Shown piece after piece: positions 54,906 to 64,000 of a stretch of 64,000 nt of DNA. Location of the stretch: contig NZ_CALVHE010000002.1 in NCBI RefSeq assembly GCF_944327235.1, positions 19,089 through 83,088 on the forward strand. Reading direction: 5' to 3'. The stretch's first letter is position 1; each line of letters opens with the position of its first letter. The translations under genes and the position numbers were made by a program. The notes beneath the pieces were generated by a model. The model worked only from the letters and a program-made list of their open reading frames with translations, made no database searches and was not told the origin of the DNA. The DNA comes from an uncultured Desulfovibrio sp. (GTDB lineage: Bacteria; Desulfobacterota; Desulfovibrionia; Desulfovibrionales; Desulfovibrionaceae).

Positions 54906-56210
54906 TCAGAAGGTATAGCCCACGGTGACGGAATAGATATTGGCCACAGTGTCCCGGCTGTTGCCGCCGCGGATGCCTGACACGCTGCTGCGGATGCCCC
55001 CGGCATCGGTAGTCCCGTAGTCCATGTCATATACCCAGAGATGGGCATACGCCAGATCGAGCGTCCAGTTCTCCCAGGTGAAGCCCGCTCCCAGACCCAC
55101 GCCGGTACGGCCATAGCTGGGGATCATGAAATCGGCGTGGGATTCATTGGTCACCGGCGTTTCATGCCAGACGCCCGCTCGCAGGGCGAGCCAGTCCAGC
55201 GGCTCATACTCCACGCTGGCATTGAAATTCCAGCCGTCGCGCCAGCCCTTTTGGTTGAGGGACTGGTAGTTGGAGTCAAAATAGATGTTCAGGGAGTCGT
55301 AGCTGGACCAGCGGGTGAATACCGTCCCCACCTCAAAGCTCAGATTGTCCAGCGGCTTGTAGGCCAGACCCACGGCAAAGGAGTCCGGCAGATGCACCGT
55401 GCTGTGGGCCCCGGTGTCCACGGTGTGGGGGACCTGCCCCATGTCCGCCAGCATATTGCTCTGATGGCGGGAATAGTCCACCTCGCCGTTGATGTTGAGC
55501 GTGACCGGACTTTTATAGGAAAAGCCCAGCGACAGCTCATCGGTCATGCGGAAGTGGGCTCCCAGATGCAGGCCGGCGCCCCAGCCGCTGCCGTTGAGGG
55601 TCAGCTTGCTGTCAGGGTCTTTCTGGGGGAAGAAACCCGCGAACTGCATGGTGGGGATCTGTTGCGACATGGCGAAATTGGCGTACATGACTTCCACGCC
55701 AGCGGACAGCGAGAGCACGTCGTTGACCTTCATGGCCACGGTGGGCACGAGGGAGAAGGTCTGGAAATTCACGCTGGTGAGATTGTAGCGTCCCACCCAG
55801 TTGTCCGAGAACTCATTGCCGAGACCGAAGCGGGAGAACATGCCCAGCCCCAGCCAGAAACGGTCATTGAGCTGATGGGTGATGTAGGCGTGAGGAGCGG
55901 GCCAGACATTGGGCTTGGTGGTCGTCGCCCTGCTGCTGCCGTCGAGCATCTCGGCGTCGATGGTGCCCATTGGCGCGATGACGGCAAAGCCGCCCATGAC
56001 CCGCGTGCCGGGCAACTGGGTGATGCCCGCGGCATTGTAGGCGAGAGCGGAAGGATCATCGGCGCGACCGACCATGCCTCCGGCCAGCGACAGCCCGCGC
56101 GAACTCCATTCCGTAAGACTAAACCCCTCGGCCCGGGCAACGCTGACCTGACAGGCCCAGATGAGACAGCACAACAGCAACAGATACCGTTTTTTCACCA
56201 CACCCTCCAC
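54906..56210 (-). CDS. FadL/OmpP1/TodX-family outer-membrane hydrophobic-compound channel
   Basis: Signal peptide, an N-terminal hatch-like GF.L.E.S.RGL..A.AG.V.RADD..A...NAAG, alternating beta-strand pattern and terminal ...VGYTF. Confidence 0.82.
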   Translation of the reverse strand: MEGVVKKRYLLLLCCLIWACQVSVARAEGFSLTEWSSRGLSLAGGMVGRADDPSALAYNAAGITQLPGTRVMGGFAVIAPMGTIDAEMLDGSSRATTTKPNVWPAPHAYITHQLNDRFWLGLGMFSRFGLGNEFSDNWVGRYNLTSVNFQTFSLVPTVAMKVNDVLSLSAGVEVMYANFAMSQQIPTMQFAGFFPQKDPDSKLTLNGSGWGAGLHLGAHFRMTDELSLGFSYKSPVTLNINGEVDYSRHQSNMLADMGQVPHTVDTGAHSTVHLPDSFAVGLAYKPLDNLSFEVGTVFTRWSSYDSLNIYFDSNYQSLNQKGWRDGWNFNASVEYEPLDWLALRAGVWHETPVTNESHADFMIPSYGRTGVGLGAGFTWENWTLDLAYAHLWVYDMDYGTTDAGGIRSSVSGIRGGNSRDTVANIYSVTVGYTF

Positions 56211-56302
56211 AACTTTTCCGTCAGAGGCCCGTCCGTCGCAGCGGTCAAGCCTTCCTGAAAAATAAAATTTTGTAAAAATATTCTTGTATTGCGTTATAAG
56301 TC

Positions 56303-56484
56303 AAGTGTTTTGCCGTCGGAAGGGGGCTGTGTAAGGGGAGTGGACGGCAGGCCGCAGCAGGACCGTAGCGGCCGTCGGGAAGCGCTGCGCTGCCCGGCCG
56401 AAACCAAGCGGAACGACCGCGTTTTTTCCGCGAAACGCCAGATGCCTGATTGGGAACACGAAGCGTTTCAAACGGAAAATGCTC
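56303..56484 (+). mobile_element. MITE-like repeat R1, copy E (degenerate left end, expanded GC-rich middle)
   Basis: The right 100 bp align well with other copies (…GACCGCGTTTTTTCCGCGAAACGCCAG…GAAGCGTTTCAAACGGAAAATGCTC). The left end AAGTGTTTTGCCGTCGGAAGG is diverged. No TA flanks. Confidence 0.6.
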
Positions 56485-56492
56485 CAGGGGTT

Positions 56493-56743
56493 GGTAATGC
56501 AAATTTTACAATAATTTCAAAAGATAAGATGGGTAAGCCGTTCGTGCCATCCGTCTTTGGGGAGGGGGCAAGTCGCGTCCCTGACGCTTCTCTCGGTAAA
56601 AGCGCGTTGGGGAAGGGATGGGGGCTTGGGGGGAAGGGAGCGACCGAAAGGCGGCCCGCAGAGCCGTGCCTGTTAGGCGACAAAGGAGCCTTACGGGCAT
56701 CGACAGCAGAGCAAAGGGGGGTCTTCCCCCTCAAAAAAAAGCG
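56493..56743 (+). repeat. Repeat family R2, copy c4 (tail truncated or diverged)
   Basis: The head GGTAATGCAAATTTTACAATAATTTCAAAAGATAAGATG and body modules (GACGCTTCTCTCGGTAAAAGCGCG, GGGGAAGGGATGGGGGCTTGGGGGGAAGGG, CGACCGAAAGGCGGC) are colinear with 45868-46157. Confidence 0.6.
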
Positions 56744-56761
56744 TAATGAGTCCTGAACCTA

Positions 56762-56909
56762 GAGCGGATTCGCATTGAAATCGTGTCCAATTTCCATGCT
56801 GACGCTGCCCTCACACTACGGAAAAAGCGTGGTTTTTCCGTGTGTTCGGTTGCGGGTAGTCGCTCTCGCGACTACCAGAGCAATCCACATTTTCAATGTG
56901 GAATTGCTC
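56762..56909 (+). mobile_element. MITE-like repeat, divergent R1 subfamily (copy F)
   Basis: 148 bp flanked by TA on both sides (56760-61 and 56910-11). The left end GAGCGGATTCGCATTGAAA matches the reverse complement of the right end GAGCAATTCCACATTGAAA. It has the internal CGGAAAAAGCGTGGTTTTTCCG palindrome, as in R1. Its last base completes the TAG stop of the larE-like gene. Confidence 0.65.
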
Positions 56910-57748
56910 TAATCGAAAAAGCCGCTGATGCGTTCCGTCCGCCGGAGAGCGCAGGGCCAGAAACCCGCTGCCTCCAGGATGTGGCGAAGTCGCTCCAGAG
57001 AGGGAGGGGCCGGTCGTTCATGCTGCAGGACCGGTCCAGGACACAGGCGCAGGCGAAAGTCCCCCAGAGCCGGACGCCCGTCAACATCCGTCAGGGCCGC
57101 GAGGGCGGCCTCGGCCTGAGCCAGACGGCGCAACGTCTTTTCATCCGGGCGGCAGCCATAGGCCAGACGGGTCAGCAGGCAGGGGCGGGCCGTCTGTTCG
57201 GGGTCCTCAAGCCCCCAGATCGCGCCCAGCCTGCGCAGGTCCGCCTTGCGGATGCCGGCCTCGGCCAGTGGCGAGGCCACCCCCGCTTCCCGCAAGGCCC
57301 GCAGACCGGGACGATGGGCCCGCAGGTCGTCGGCATTGCTGCCGTCGCAGAGCAGGGCGTCCGGCAGGCCGCGCGAGGCAAGGCGTTCCCGCAGGGCCGC
57401 CAGCAGGGCTTTCTTGCAGGCATAGCAGCGCTCCCGGCTGCCATCGCTCACTTCCGGCAGGCCAAGGGGGGAAAAGGGGACCATCTCCAGCGCGAGGCCT
57501 CGCGCTTCCGCCCAGCTGCGGGCGGCCCGGCTCTCCTCGTCGGGCACATGAGGCCCGTGCGCGTGCAGGGCCGTGAAAGGCAGCCCGGCACGCTGCAGGG
57601 CCAGACAGAGGAAACGACTGTCCACGCCGCCGGAAAGCGCCACGGCCAGCGCCGGAGCCCGCCCCGCGCACGCCGTCAGGCGTTCCCGCAGACGCTGTGC
57701 CGCGTCGGCCAGATCGGCGGGCAGCGCCGACCGGTCTTCGGCTACCAT
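56909..57748 (-). CDS. PP-loop ATP pyrophosphatase family protein (LarE-like / TIGR00268-type)
   Basis: Start ATG 57748. [13 protein letters not shown]-loop motif. Overlaps the hisF stop by 7 nt. Confidence 0.72.
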   Translation of the reverse strand: MVAEDRSALPADLADAAQRLRERLTACAGRAPALAVALSGGVDSRFLCLALQRAGLPFTALHAHGPHVPDEESRAARSWAEARGLALEMVPFSPLGLPEVSDGSRERCYACKKALLAALRERLASRGLPDALLCDGSNADDLRAHRPGLRALREAGVASPLAEAGIRKADLRRLGAIWGLEDPEQTARPCLLTRLAYGCRPDEKTLRRLAQAEAALAALTDVDGRPALGDFRLRLCPGPVLQHERPAPPSLERLRHILEAAGFWPCALRRTERISGFFD

Positions 57749-58521
57749 GCCAGACGTACCTTGGCGCCGCGCCGGGCCATTTCTTCCTTGCATTGCCGGA
57801 TGGTGTACTGTCCGTAATGGACGATGGAGGCGATGAGCGCCGCCGAAGCGCCGCCCTTGCTGACGGCCTCGTACATATGTTCGGGATTGCCCGCACCGCC
57901 GGAAGCGATGACCGGGATGCTCACGGCATCGCTGATGGCGCGGGTGAGCGTCAGTTCATAGCCGTCGCGGGTGCCGTCGGCGTCGATGGAGTTGACGCAG
58001 AGTTCGCCCGCGCCCAGTTCCTGACAGCGTTTTGCCCAGGCGATGGCGTCCAGGCCCATGCGTTTGCGTCCGCCGTGGATGACGATCTCATAGCCGGACG
58101 GGATGGCCTCACTCACGGGCACGCGCAGCACGTCCATGCCTACCACGATGGCCTGCACGCCGAAGGCCGCCGCGCCCTCGCTGATGAGCCGCGGGTCCTT
58201 GACCGCCGCCGAGTTGATGGACACTTTTTCGGCCCCGGCCACCAGGACGGCGCGCATGTCCGCCACGCTGGAGATGCCGCCGCCCACGCAGAAGGGGATG
58301 AAGATCTGTTCCGCCACTCGTTCCACCACATCCAGAAAGATGCCGCGCTCCTCGGCGGAAGCCGTGATGTCGTAAAAGACGATCTCGTCCGCCCCTTCTT
58401 CATAATAGCGGCGGGCGCTCTCCACCGGATCTCCGATATCCTCGTTGCCCGCAAAGCGGATGCCCTTGGTGAGGCGTCCGGCCCGTACGTCCAGACAGGG
58501 GATGACGCGTTTACTGAGCAT
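57742..58521 (-). CDS. hisF: Imidazole glycerol phosphate synthase, cyclase subunit
   Basis: Start ATG 58521 ([12 protein letters not shown]...) with conserved DELVFLDI-type, GGGI and ASIFH-like blocks. Confidence 0.93.
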   Translation of the reverse strand: MLSKRVIPCLDVRAGRLTKGIRFAGNEDIGDPVESARRYYEEGADEIVFYDITASAEERGIFLDVVERVAEQIFIPFCVGGGISSVADMRAVLVAGAEKVSINSAAVKDPRLISEGAAAFGVQAIVVGMDVLRVPVSEAIPSGYEIVIHGGRKRMGLDAIAWAKRCQELGAGELCVNSIDADGTRDGYELTLTRAISDAVSIPVIASGGAGNPEHMYEAVSKGGASAALIASIVHYGQYTIRQCKEEMARRGAKVRLAW

Positions 58522-59152
58522 GGCGCACCTCGCGGCAGTAGTCGAAGAAGTTGTGGAGGATCTGCAGGCCGGGACGGCCGCTCTTTTCCAGATGGAACTG
58601 CACGGCCCAGAGGCCGTCACGACCGTAGACGGAACAGAACTCCTGTCCGTAACGGGTGGTGGCCATGATCAGCTCCGGGGCCGGTTCCACATAATAGCTG
58701 TGCACGAAGTAGAATTCCGCGTCCGGGGGCAGCTGGGCCAGCAGGCGTCCGGGCCGGTGCAGGGTCAGACTGTTCCAGCCCATGTGCGGCACCGGGGCGG
58801 GGCTGCCGTCCTCCTGCCGCAGGTCGTCGGAAAAACGCAGGCAGCGACCGGGCACGACGCCCAGCGTCTGCACGTCGTTCTCCTCGCTGGATTCCAGCAG
58901 GATCTGGCAGCCCAGACAGATGCCGAGCAGGGGCTGCCCCGCGTCGATGGCCTGCCGCAGCACCCGGTCGAGCCCGGCCTCGCGCAGATGGTTCATGGCC
59001 TGTCCGGCCGCGCCCACGCCGGGGAAGATGATGCCCTGTGCCCCGAGGAGCACGTCCGGGTCCGCCGTGATGGCGCAGGGGATGCCGAGATGCTCCAGCG
59101 CGCGCCGGACGCTGGTCTGATTGCCTGCCTTGTATTCCAGAATTGCCAGCAT
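58511..59152 (-). CDS. hisH: Imidazole glycerol phosphate synthase, glutamine amidotransferase subunit
   Basis: GVGA...LLGICLGCQ catalytic Cys block and the later VQFHLEKS (HPEKS-type) motif. Confidence 0.93.
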   Translation of the reverse strand: MLAILEYKAGNQTSVRRALEHLGIPCAITADPDVLLGAQGIIFPGVGAAGQAMNHLREAGLDRVLRQAIDAGQPLLGICLGCQILLESSEENDVQTLGVVPGRCLRFSDDLRQEDGSPAPVPHMGWNSLTLHRPGRLLAQLPPDAEFYFVHSYYVEPAPELIMATTRYGQEFCSVYGRDGLWAVQFHLEKSGRPGLQILHNFFDYCREVRHAQ

Positions 59153-59335
59153 GTCGTAGTCCTTGCCGGGTTGTCCCGGCCTGCCCGGGGGCGTGTGGCC
59201 GGAGGATGGTAGGGAAGCCGCCCCCGCTGTCCGGCGGCATGGGGTCTCCCGCCTCTTTCGCCGGGTCGCGGAGCGCGCAGGAGTATAGCCGCAAGCCCGG
59301 CGGCGGGCAATGTGTCCCCTGCCGTCGCCGCCGGG

Positions 59336-62300
59336 TCAATAATTGATCTTCCAGCGCACGCCCGCCGAGGTGTTCTCCTGTTCGGTGCGGATCTGGGCCT
59401 TGCTGTGCGGGGTCATCTGGAGTTCGATGATCACGGCGGTGCTGTCCGGCTTCATGCCCTGCGCCACGCCGAGATAGAGTTTTTCTCCGATGAACTTGCC
59501 CGCTTCCAGCGTGCTTTCTTCGCTGTTGTTGCCTTCCTCGTCGGAAGTGGTGCGCGAGCTGACGCGCAGCACGTCCACGCCAAGGGTCTTGCGGGCCACG
59601 TCCAGCACGTTGAGCCCGTCGCCGCCGAACCCCGCCAGTTCGGCCACGGCCGCCGCCAGACGCAGATTCTCGAAGCGGCCGAGATCGCTGGAGGCGCGTC
59701 CGAACATGATGCGCGAGATGATCTCCTCCTGCGGCATGGTGGGCGTGCTCGTCAGCTGGAATTTCGGCTTTTGCGCCGTGCCGCCCACCCGTACGTCCGC
59801 CACGATGTCAGCGGCCTCGTGCCGCAGCACCACATCGAGTAGCGGATTGGACGGAGGTCCGCCCGCGAAGCGCACGATGCCCCGATACAGATTGAATTTG
59901 GCGTTGAGGAAGTTGAAGGTGCCTTCCACCGCTTCCACGCTTCCCGTGACGCGGGGATCGGTCAAGGGACCGCCGGCGCGGATGTCGGCTTTCCAGAGAC
60001 TGTCCAGACCGCGCCCCTTCACCGTGAAGCGCCCGGTCGTGCGCACGCGCGCGTCGAGCCTGCCGACGGCGGGGCGCGTTTTGGGCGCGGGTTTGGCGGC
60101 GGCTGTGGTTTCGCTGATGGGCAGGGTGGTGACGCTGCTGGTGGTCGTGATGCGGTCGATACGCACCTCGCCGGAATCCACGCTGATGTCGGCATCCACC
60201 TGCGGCGCGGTCAGCGGTCCCCGGACCGAGGCCGTGCCGGAAAGGACTATGGTCACGTCGCGCCGCCGCAGGGGGTGGAGCGTATCCAGACGGCCCGACA
60301 GATCGAGCGCCCGTCCCGCCGGGGAAAGTTCGCCGTTGAAGACGGCGCGGCCTGTGCGGCCGTCGCTGAGCGAGGCGTCCAGTCGTACGCGGCCCAGACC
60401 GGCCAGACCGGTCAGGCGGCTGCGGGCCAGCTCCGCCCGCACCTTGATATCCTGCAGCAGTACGCCCAGAGCCACGTCCTCGAAGCGGCCCTTCTCCAGA
60501 CCGACGGAGGCGGCCAGCGTCGGGGCCTCGATCGTGCCGGACAGGTCGGCCCGCAGATCCAGACGGCCGGACAGGCGTCGGTCCGCCATCGGCACGAGCT
60601 TCCAGAGCGGGGCAACGGCTCCCTGCCAGCGCAGTTCGCCCTTGAGCGCGGCCCGGGGAGAGAGGCCGGGCAGGCCGCCGGAAAAGGTCAGGGGAAGGCT
60701 GAAGCGTCCGGAGACCGTCTCCGCGCCCAGCAGTTTGCGGCTGGCCTCGGGCATGTCGAGGGCCAGCGTCAGCTCGCCGCCGTTGCGTCCCTGCCGGATG
60801 CCGCCGGAGATGCCCCAGTCCAGCGGCGGCAGCGGCGCGCCGGGCAGGTGCAGCCCCTCCACCTTCAGGGAGAATTTCCCTTGCGGTCTGGTCGGGTCGC
60901 CGTTCAGTCCGGCCTCCAGCGCCACCTGTCCCTGCGGCAGGGCGGGGATGACCGCCTGCCACGGGGCCAGTTCCGTGGCCAGCAGGCGCAGCCTGGCCGT
61001 CAGCGCATCCGGCGCAAGACGGCCTTGCAGCTGCAATTGCCCCGAAGGCGTCAGCCGGATGTGCAGCGGTTCGCAGTCCAGGCTCCGGGCCGAATAGCGC
61101 AGGCGGGCCGCCTTTTCCAGCCGCAGACCGACCTTGTGCGCGGGCAGGTCGGCTTTCAGGCGTTCGACGGCAAGGATGCCGGGCTGCCATCCCAGACGGA
61201 GGTCGGCCTGCACGTCCCCGGCGGAGGCCGCTTCCAGACGCAACGGCCCGGCCAGAGGGCCGCCAAGTCGCAGATGGGGCCGCAAAAGGCGCAGGGAGGC
61301 CGCTTCCAGCCGTTCCGCACGGAGATCGCAGTCAAGGACGGGAGCGTCCGCCGTCACGGGTGTCCCTTCGGCGGCGGGCGTCCGCTGCGGCGCAAGATCC
61401 GTACGCAGGGCCAGCGCCTGCCAGAGCAGGAGCGTCTCCTGTCCCCGGCGGATGCGCCCGCGCGGGGCGTCCAGCGCCAGATGCCAGTCCGTCACTCCCC
61501 AGAGACGGGCCAGTTCGTCGTCAGGCTCGCGCCCCGTAGCGCTCAAATCCAGGTTCACAGCCTGTCCGTCCGCCCGGAGATCGGGCAGCAGCAGGGCACT
61601 CAGGGCTTCGAGACGTTTCCAGTCCGTGACCGCCAGATGCAGATGTCCCCGCATGGGCGGCAATTCCCGCAGGACAGCGGAGATCCGACGGCTGATGATG
61701 TCGTCCGCCAGATGGCGTTCGTCCGCCGTCGGCGGCGTGGCGGCGGCCTGCGCCATGTCCGTGCCGCTCGTGCCGCCCGCGCCGTCCGGGACAGCGGGCG
61801 GGGCCGGAACGGAGGCGCTGTCGTCCGGGAGGAGCAGATCCACCCCCCAGTGGCCGAGCAGGCGCGCGCCCGCGCCCCCGACCGCCAGATCTTCCAGCGA
61901 GACCCGCCAGAAGGTGCGTCCATCCTGACGGCGTGATCCGGCAGCCAGCAGCATGTCCGCCCGCAGGTCCTGTTCGCTGAAACGGGCTTCGGTATGCAGG
62001 GCGAGCCGCAGCGTACCGCCGTCCAATGCCGCCCGCCAGCGCAGCGGCAGGGATTCCAGCCGCAGACGGGGAGCCGTCAGGCAAAGGGGACGGGCCGGAG
62101 CGGCTGGGGCGGCCTTTGCCGATGCCGTGGCAGGTTGCTTTGCCGCAGCGGGGGCAGGCGTTGCTGTGGCGGGGACGGCAGGCGCGGCAGAGGCCGCCAG
62201 CGCGGCGGGCAGCAGCTCCGTGCCGTCCACGGCAAGAGAGAGCCGCGGTGCGCCCAGCGGGCCGCTCAGAACGAATCCCGCCGTTACCGGGCCGGACAGC

Positions 62301-63484
62301 AGGGCGGTCCAGGCGCAAGCCTGGGATGGCGGCGTGACGGTCAGAGACAGGGAAAGTTCCAGCGGCGCCATCCATAGCCGTTCCGGCCCGGCAGGCAGCT
62401 GCAGGGAAAACCGTCCGGACGCCTGAGCGACGCCGGCCGTGGCCGTGATCTCCGGCAGCGAGAGGGCCCACTGTCCGTCGGTCCGGCGCTGCGCGTGCAG
62501 CTGCAACCGCGCCTCGGCGCTGCCTGTGCCGAACAGGGGACGCAGCGCGTCGGGGATCGCCCGCCGTACGGACGGGACGGAGGCGGGGACGGCTTCGGGA
62601 GGCGTGCCGTTTGCGGCAGCGCCCATATCGTTTGCGGTCGGAGTTCCGGCGGAAGAGGCAGCGGCGGGGGAGGCCGTGTCGGGCTCCGGCGTGTCTGTCG
62701 GGGACGTGTCGTCCTGCGGCCAGAACGCTTGTGCCGTCAGGTCGGCCCGCAGATCGGCGCGAGGGCCCAGACCGCCGTCAAGGCGCAGCTCCAGAGAGAC
62801 ACGCGGGAAGGGACCGTCTTCGTCAGGCGCGGGCTGGGCCGCGGTTGCGGGCGTGTCCTCCTCCGGCGGCAGCAGGACCAGCCATTCCGGCGGCAGGGCC
62901 ACTTTATCCGCACGGACGAGGCCCTGTACGCGCGGCAGGGCCGCGGGCAGGTCGCCCAGCAGGGCAAGCACGTCCCCCACGGTCTGGCCGATGTGATCCG
63001 CCAGCTGGCCGGGCGTACGCTCGGGCTCTTCCTCAGGCGGGCTTTCCGGCAGCAGGGGCAGGCGGTAGAGGCCTCCCCCGCGCAGGGCAAGGGGGTCCAG
63101 ATGCAGCATGAGGCCATCCTGCCAGCCGAGCCTCCAGGACAGGGAGACATCCGGCAGATCCAGCCAGCAGCCTGCGGCGTCCTCGCCGCGTACGGACAGC
63201 CGGGGATGGAAGGGCAGCCCTTCCAGACTGTTCAGGGTCAGGCGCAGGCCGGTGGGGCCGAGTTCGCCTGCCAGCGTGGTGTTGAGTGTCCCCCGCAGCC
63301 AGTCCTGACCGGAGGCGGAACAGAGCCAGATCAGGCCCCCGCCGGTCAGGAGGAGCAGGACCGTCAGCGTGAGCAGCAGACCACGCAGCAGGCGACGTAC
63401 GCGGCGTTTGCCGCGAGACGGCGGAAGCGGGGCGGCGGAAGGCGCCGGAGAGGGGACCGTGTGGCCGGGATCGTCCTGCCGCAT
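59336..63484 (-). CDS. tamB: Translocation and assembly module protein TamB (AsmA-like, DUF490 C-terminus)
   Basis: 1382 aa with an N-terminal anchor and long beta-rich repeats. C-terminal ...GKFIGEKLYLGVAQG...AVIIELQ...VRWKINY. ATGA overlap with the upstream Omp85-family gene. Confidence 0.82.
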   Translation of the reverse strand: MRQDDPGHTVPSPAPSAAPLPPSRGKRRVRRLLRGLLLTLTVLLLLTGGGLIWLCSASGQDWLRGTLNTTLAGELGPTGLRLTLNSLEGLPFHPRLSVRGEDAAGCWLDLPDVSLSWRLGWQDGLMLHLDPLALRGGGLYRLPLLPESPPEEEPERTPGQLADHIGQTVGDVLALLGDLPAALPRVQGLVRADKVALPPEWLVLLPPEEDTPATAAQPAPDEDGPFPRVSLELRLDGGLGPRADLRADLTAQAFWPQDDTSPTDTPEPDTASPAAASSAGTPTANDMGAAANGTPPEAVPASVPSVRRAIPDALRPLFGTGSAEARLQLHAQRRTDGQWALSLPEITATAGVAQASGRFSLQLPAGPERLWMAPLELSLSLTVTPPSQACAWTALLSGPVTAGFVLSGPLGAPRLSLAVDGTELLPAALAASAAPAVPATATPAPAAAKQPATASAKAAPAAPARPLCLTAPRLRLESLPLRWRAALDGGTLRLALHTEARFSEQDLRADMLLAAGSRRQDGRTFWRVSLEDLAVGGAGARLLGHWGVDLLLPDDSASVPAPPAVPDGAGGTSGTDMAQAAATPPTADERHLADDIISRRISAVLRELPPMRGHLHLAVTDWKRLEALSALLLPDLRADGQAVNLDLSATGREPDDELARLWGVTDWHLALDAPRGRIRRGQETLLLWQALALRTDLAPQRTPAAEGTPVTADAPVLDCDLRAERLEAASLRLLRPHLRLGGPLAGPLRLEAASAGDVQADLRLGWQPGILAVERLKADLPAHKVGLRLEKAARLRYSARSLDCEPLHIRLTPSGQLQLQGRLAPDALTARLRLLATELAPWQAVIPALPQGQVALEAGLNGDPTRPQGKFSLKVEGLHLPGAPLPPLDWGISGGIRQGRNGGELTLALDMPEASRKLLGAETVSGRFSLPLTFSGGLPGLSPRAALKGELRWQGAVAPLWKLVPMADRRLSGRLDLRADLSGTIEAPTLAASVGLEKGRFEDVALGVLLQDIKVRAELARSRLTGLAGLGRVRLDASLSDGRTGRAVFNGELSPAGRALDLSGRLDTLHPLRRRDVTIVLSGTASVRGPLTAPQVDADISVDSGEVRIDRITTTSSVTTLPISETTAAAKPAPKTRPAVGRLDARVRTTGRFTVKGRGLDSLWKADIRAGGPLTDPRVTGSVEAVEGTFNFLNAKFNLYRGIVRFAGGPPSNPLLDVVLRHEAADIVADVRVGGTAQKPKFQLTSTPTMPQEEIISRIMFGRASSDLGRFENLRLAAAVAELAGFGGDGLNVLDVARKTLGVDVLRVSSRTTSDEEGNNSEESTLEAGKFIGEKLYLGVAQGMKPDSTAVIIELQMTPHSKAQIRTEQENTSAGVRWKINY

Positions 63485-64000
63485 CAGAATGACTGCCCTA
63501 TGCTGATATAGAATTGGACCGGCGGATCGCCGTCCACGGGATTGAGCGGCGTGGCCACGTCGAGACGCAGGGGCCCCACGGGCGTATAGTAGCGCAGACC
63601 GATGCCGGTGCCCCAGTGCATGTCGTCCAGCGTGGGGTATTGCTCACGGTAGGCCATGCCGCCGTCCAGAAAGGGCACGAGTCCCACGTCGTCCGTGATC
63701 TTGAAGCGGGCTTCCAGATTGACCAGCTGATAGGAGCGGCCGCCCAGCGGATCGCCCTTGCTGTTGCGCGGACCGAGCGACTGATAGGAGTAGCCCCGCA
63801 CGCTGCCCGCGCCCCCGGCGTAATAGCGCATGGAGGCCGGCATGGCGTGCAGGGGGACGCCCGCCATCATGCCCGCCGCCAGCCGGGCCGCCAGCACGAG
63901 CCGGTCATCCGGCTTGCCGCGCCGGGTATGGAAGGGGGCGTAGTAGCCCATCCATTCGGCCTCGCCGGTCAGCGCGGTAAACGTCTTGTCATAATAGCCC
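63484..64000 (-). CDS. tamA: Omp85/BamA-superfamily outer-membrane protein (TamA-like), 3' part only
   Basis: C-terminal beta-barrel strands with GG..SVRGY, and a terminal ...ISIGQSF aromatic residue. The gene continues beyond the window edge. Confidence 0.78.
   Translation of the reverse strand, partial: GYYDKTFTALTGEAEWMGYYAPFHTRRGKPDDRLVLAARLAAGMMAGVPLHAMPASMRYYAGGAGSVRGYSYQSLGPRNSKGDPLGGRSYQLVNLEARFKITDDVGLVPFLDGGMAYREQYPTLDDMHWGTGIGLRYYTPVGPLRLDVATPLNPVDGDPPVQFYISIGQSF

Overview
GC-rich window, most likely from a Desulfovibrio-like sulfate reducer. That placement is inferred from the dhcA-rnfCDGEAB-apbE locus, the hcp/hcpR pair, a flavoredoxin-like gene and the overall G+C. About 60 protein genes are supported. 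They include housekeeping genes (trpS, ruvX, mltG, sdaA, ribF, purB, pyrE, hisFH, thiSGH behind a TPP riboswitch), envelope genes (GT8/GT2 glycosyltransferases, an L,D-transpeptidase, a FadL-type porin, TamB and a partial TamA, cls), the Rnf complex with its decaheme cytochrome, and an hcp-centred redox gene string with two TGTGA-N6-TCACA boxes. I saw no rRNA, tRNA, CRISPR array or transposase. Five things are not explained by ordinary annotation. (1) An unclassified, hairpin-rich element of about 145 bp has terminal inverted repeats and TA flanks. Six copies are present, and three are fused exactly to stop codons. (2) A second, mosaic repeat family often sits next to the first and includes a perfect 54-bp palindrome. 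(3) A (GA)19 tract lies exactly at the junction of a deacetylase-like ORF and a methyltransferase ORF, inside a lower-GC islet. Losing one repeat unit would fuse the two ORFs. (4) A 1454-aa sensor-kinase-like protein appears, by eye, to have every phosphoacceptor position substituted. (5) A tandem pair of secreted paralogs has near-identical termini and diverged cores. Many very long ORFs antisense to real genes are rejected as GC-content artefacts. All family assignments come from motif reading by eye, and no database search was possible.
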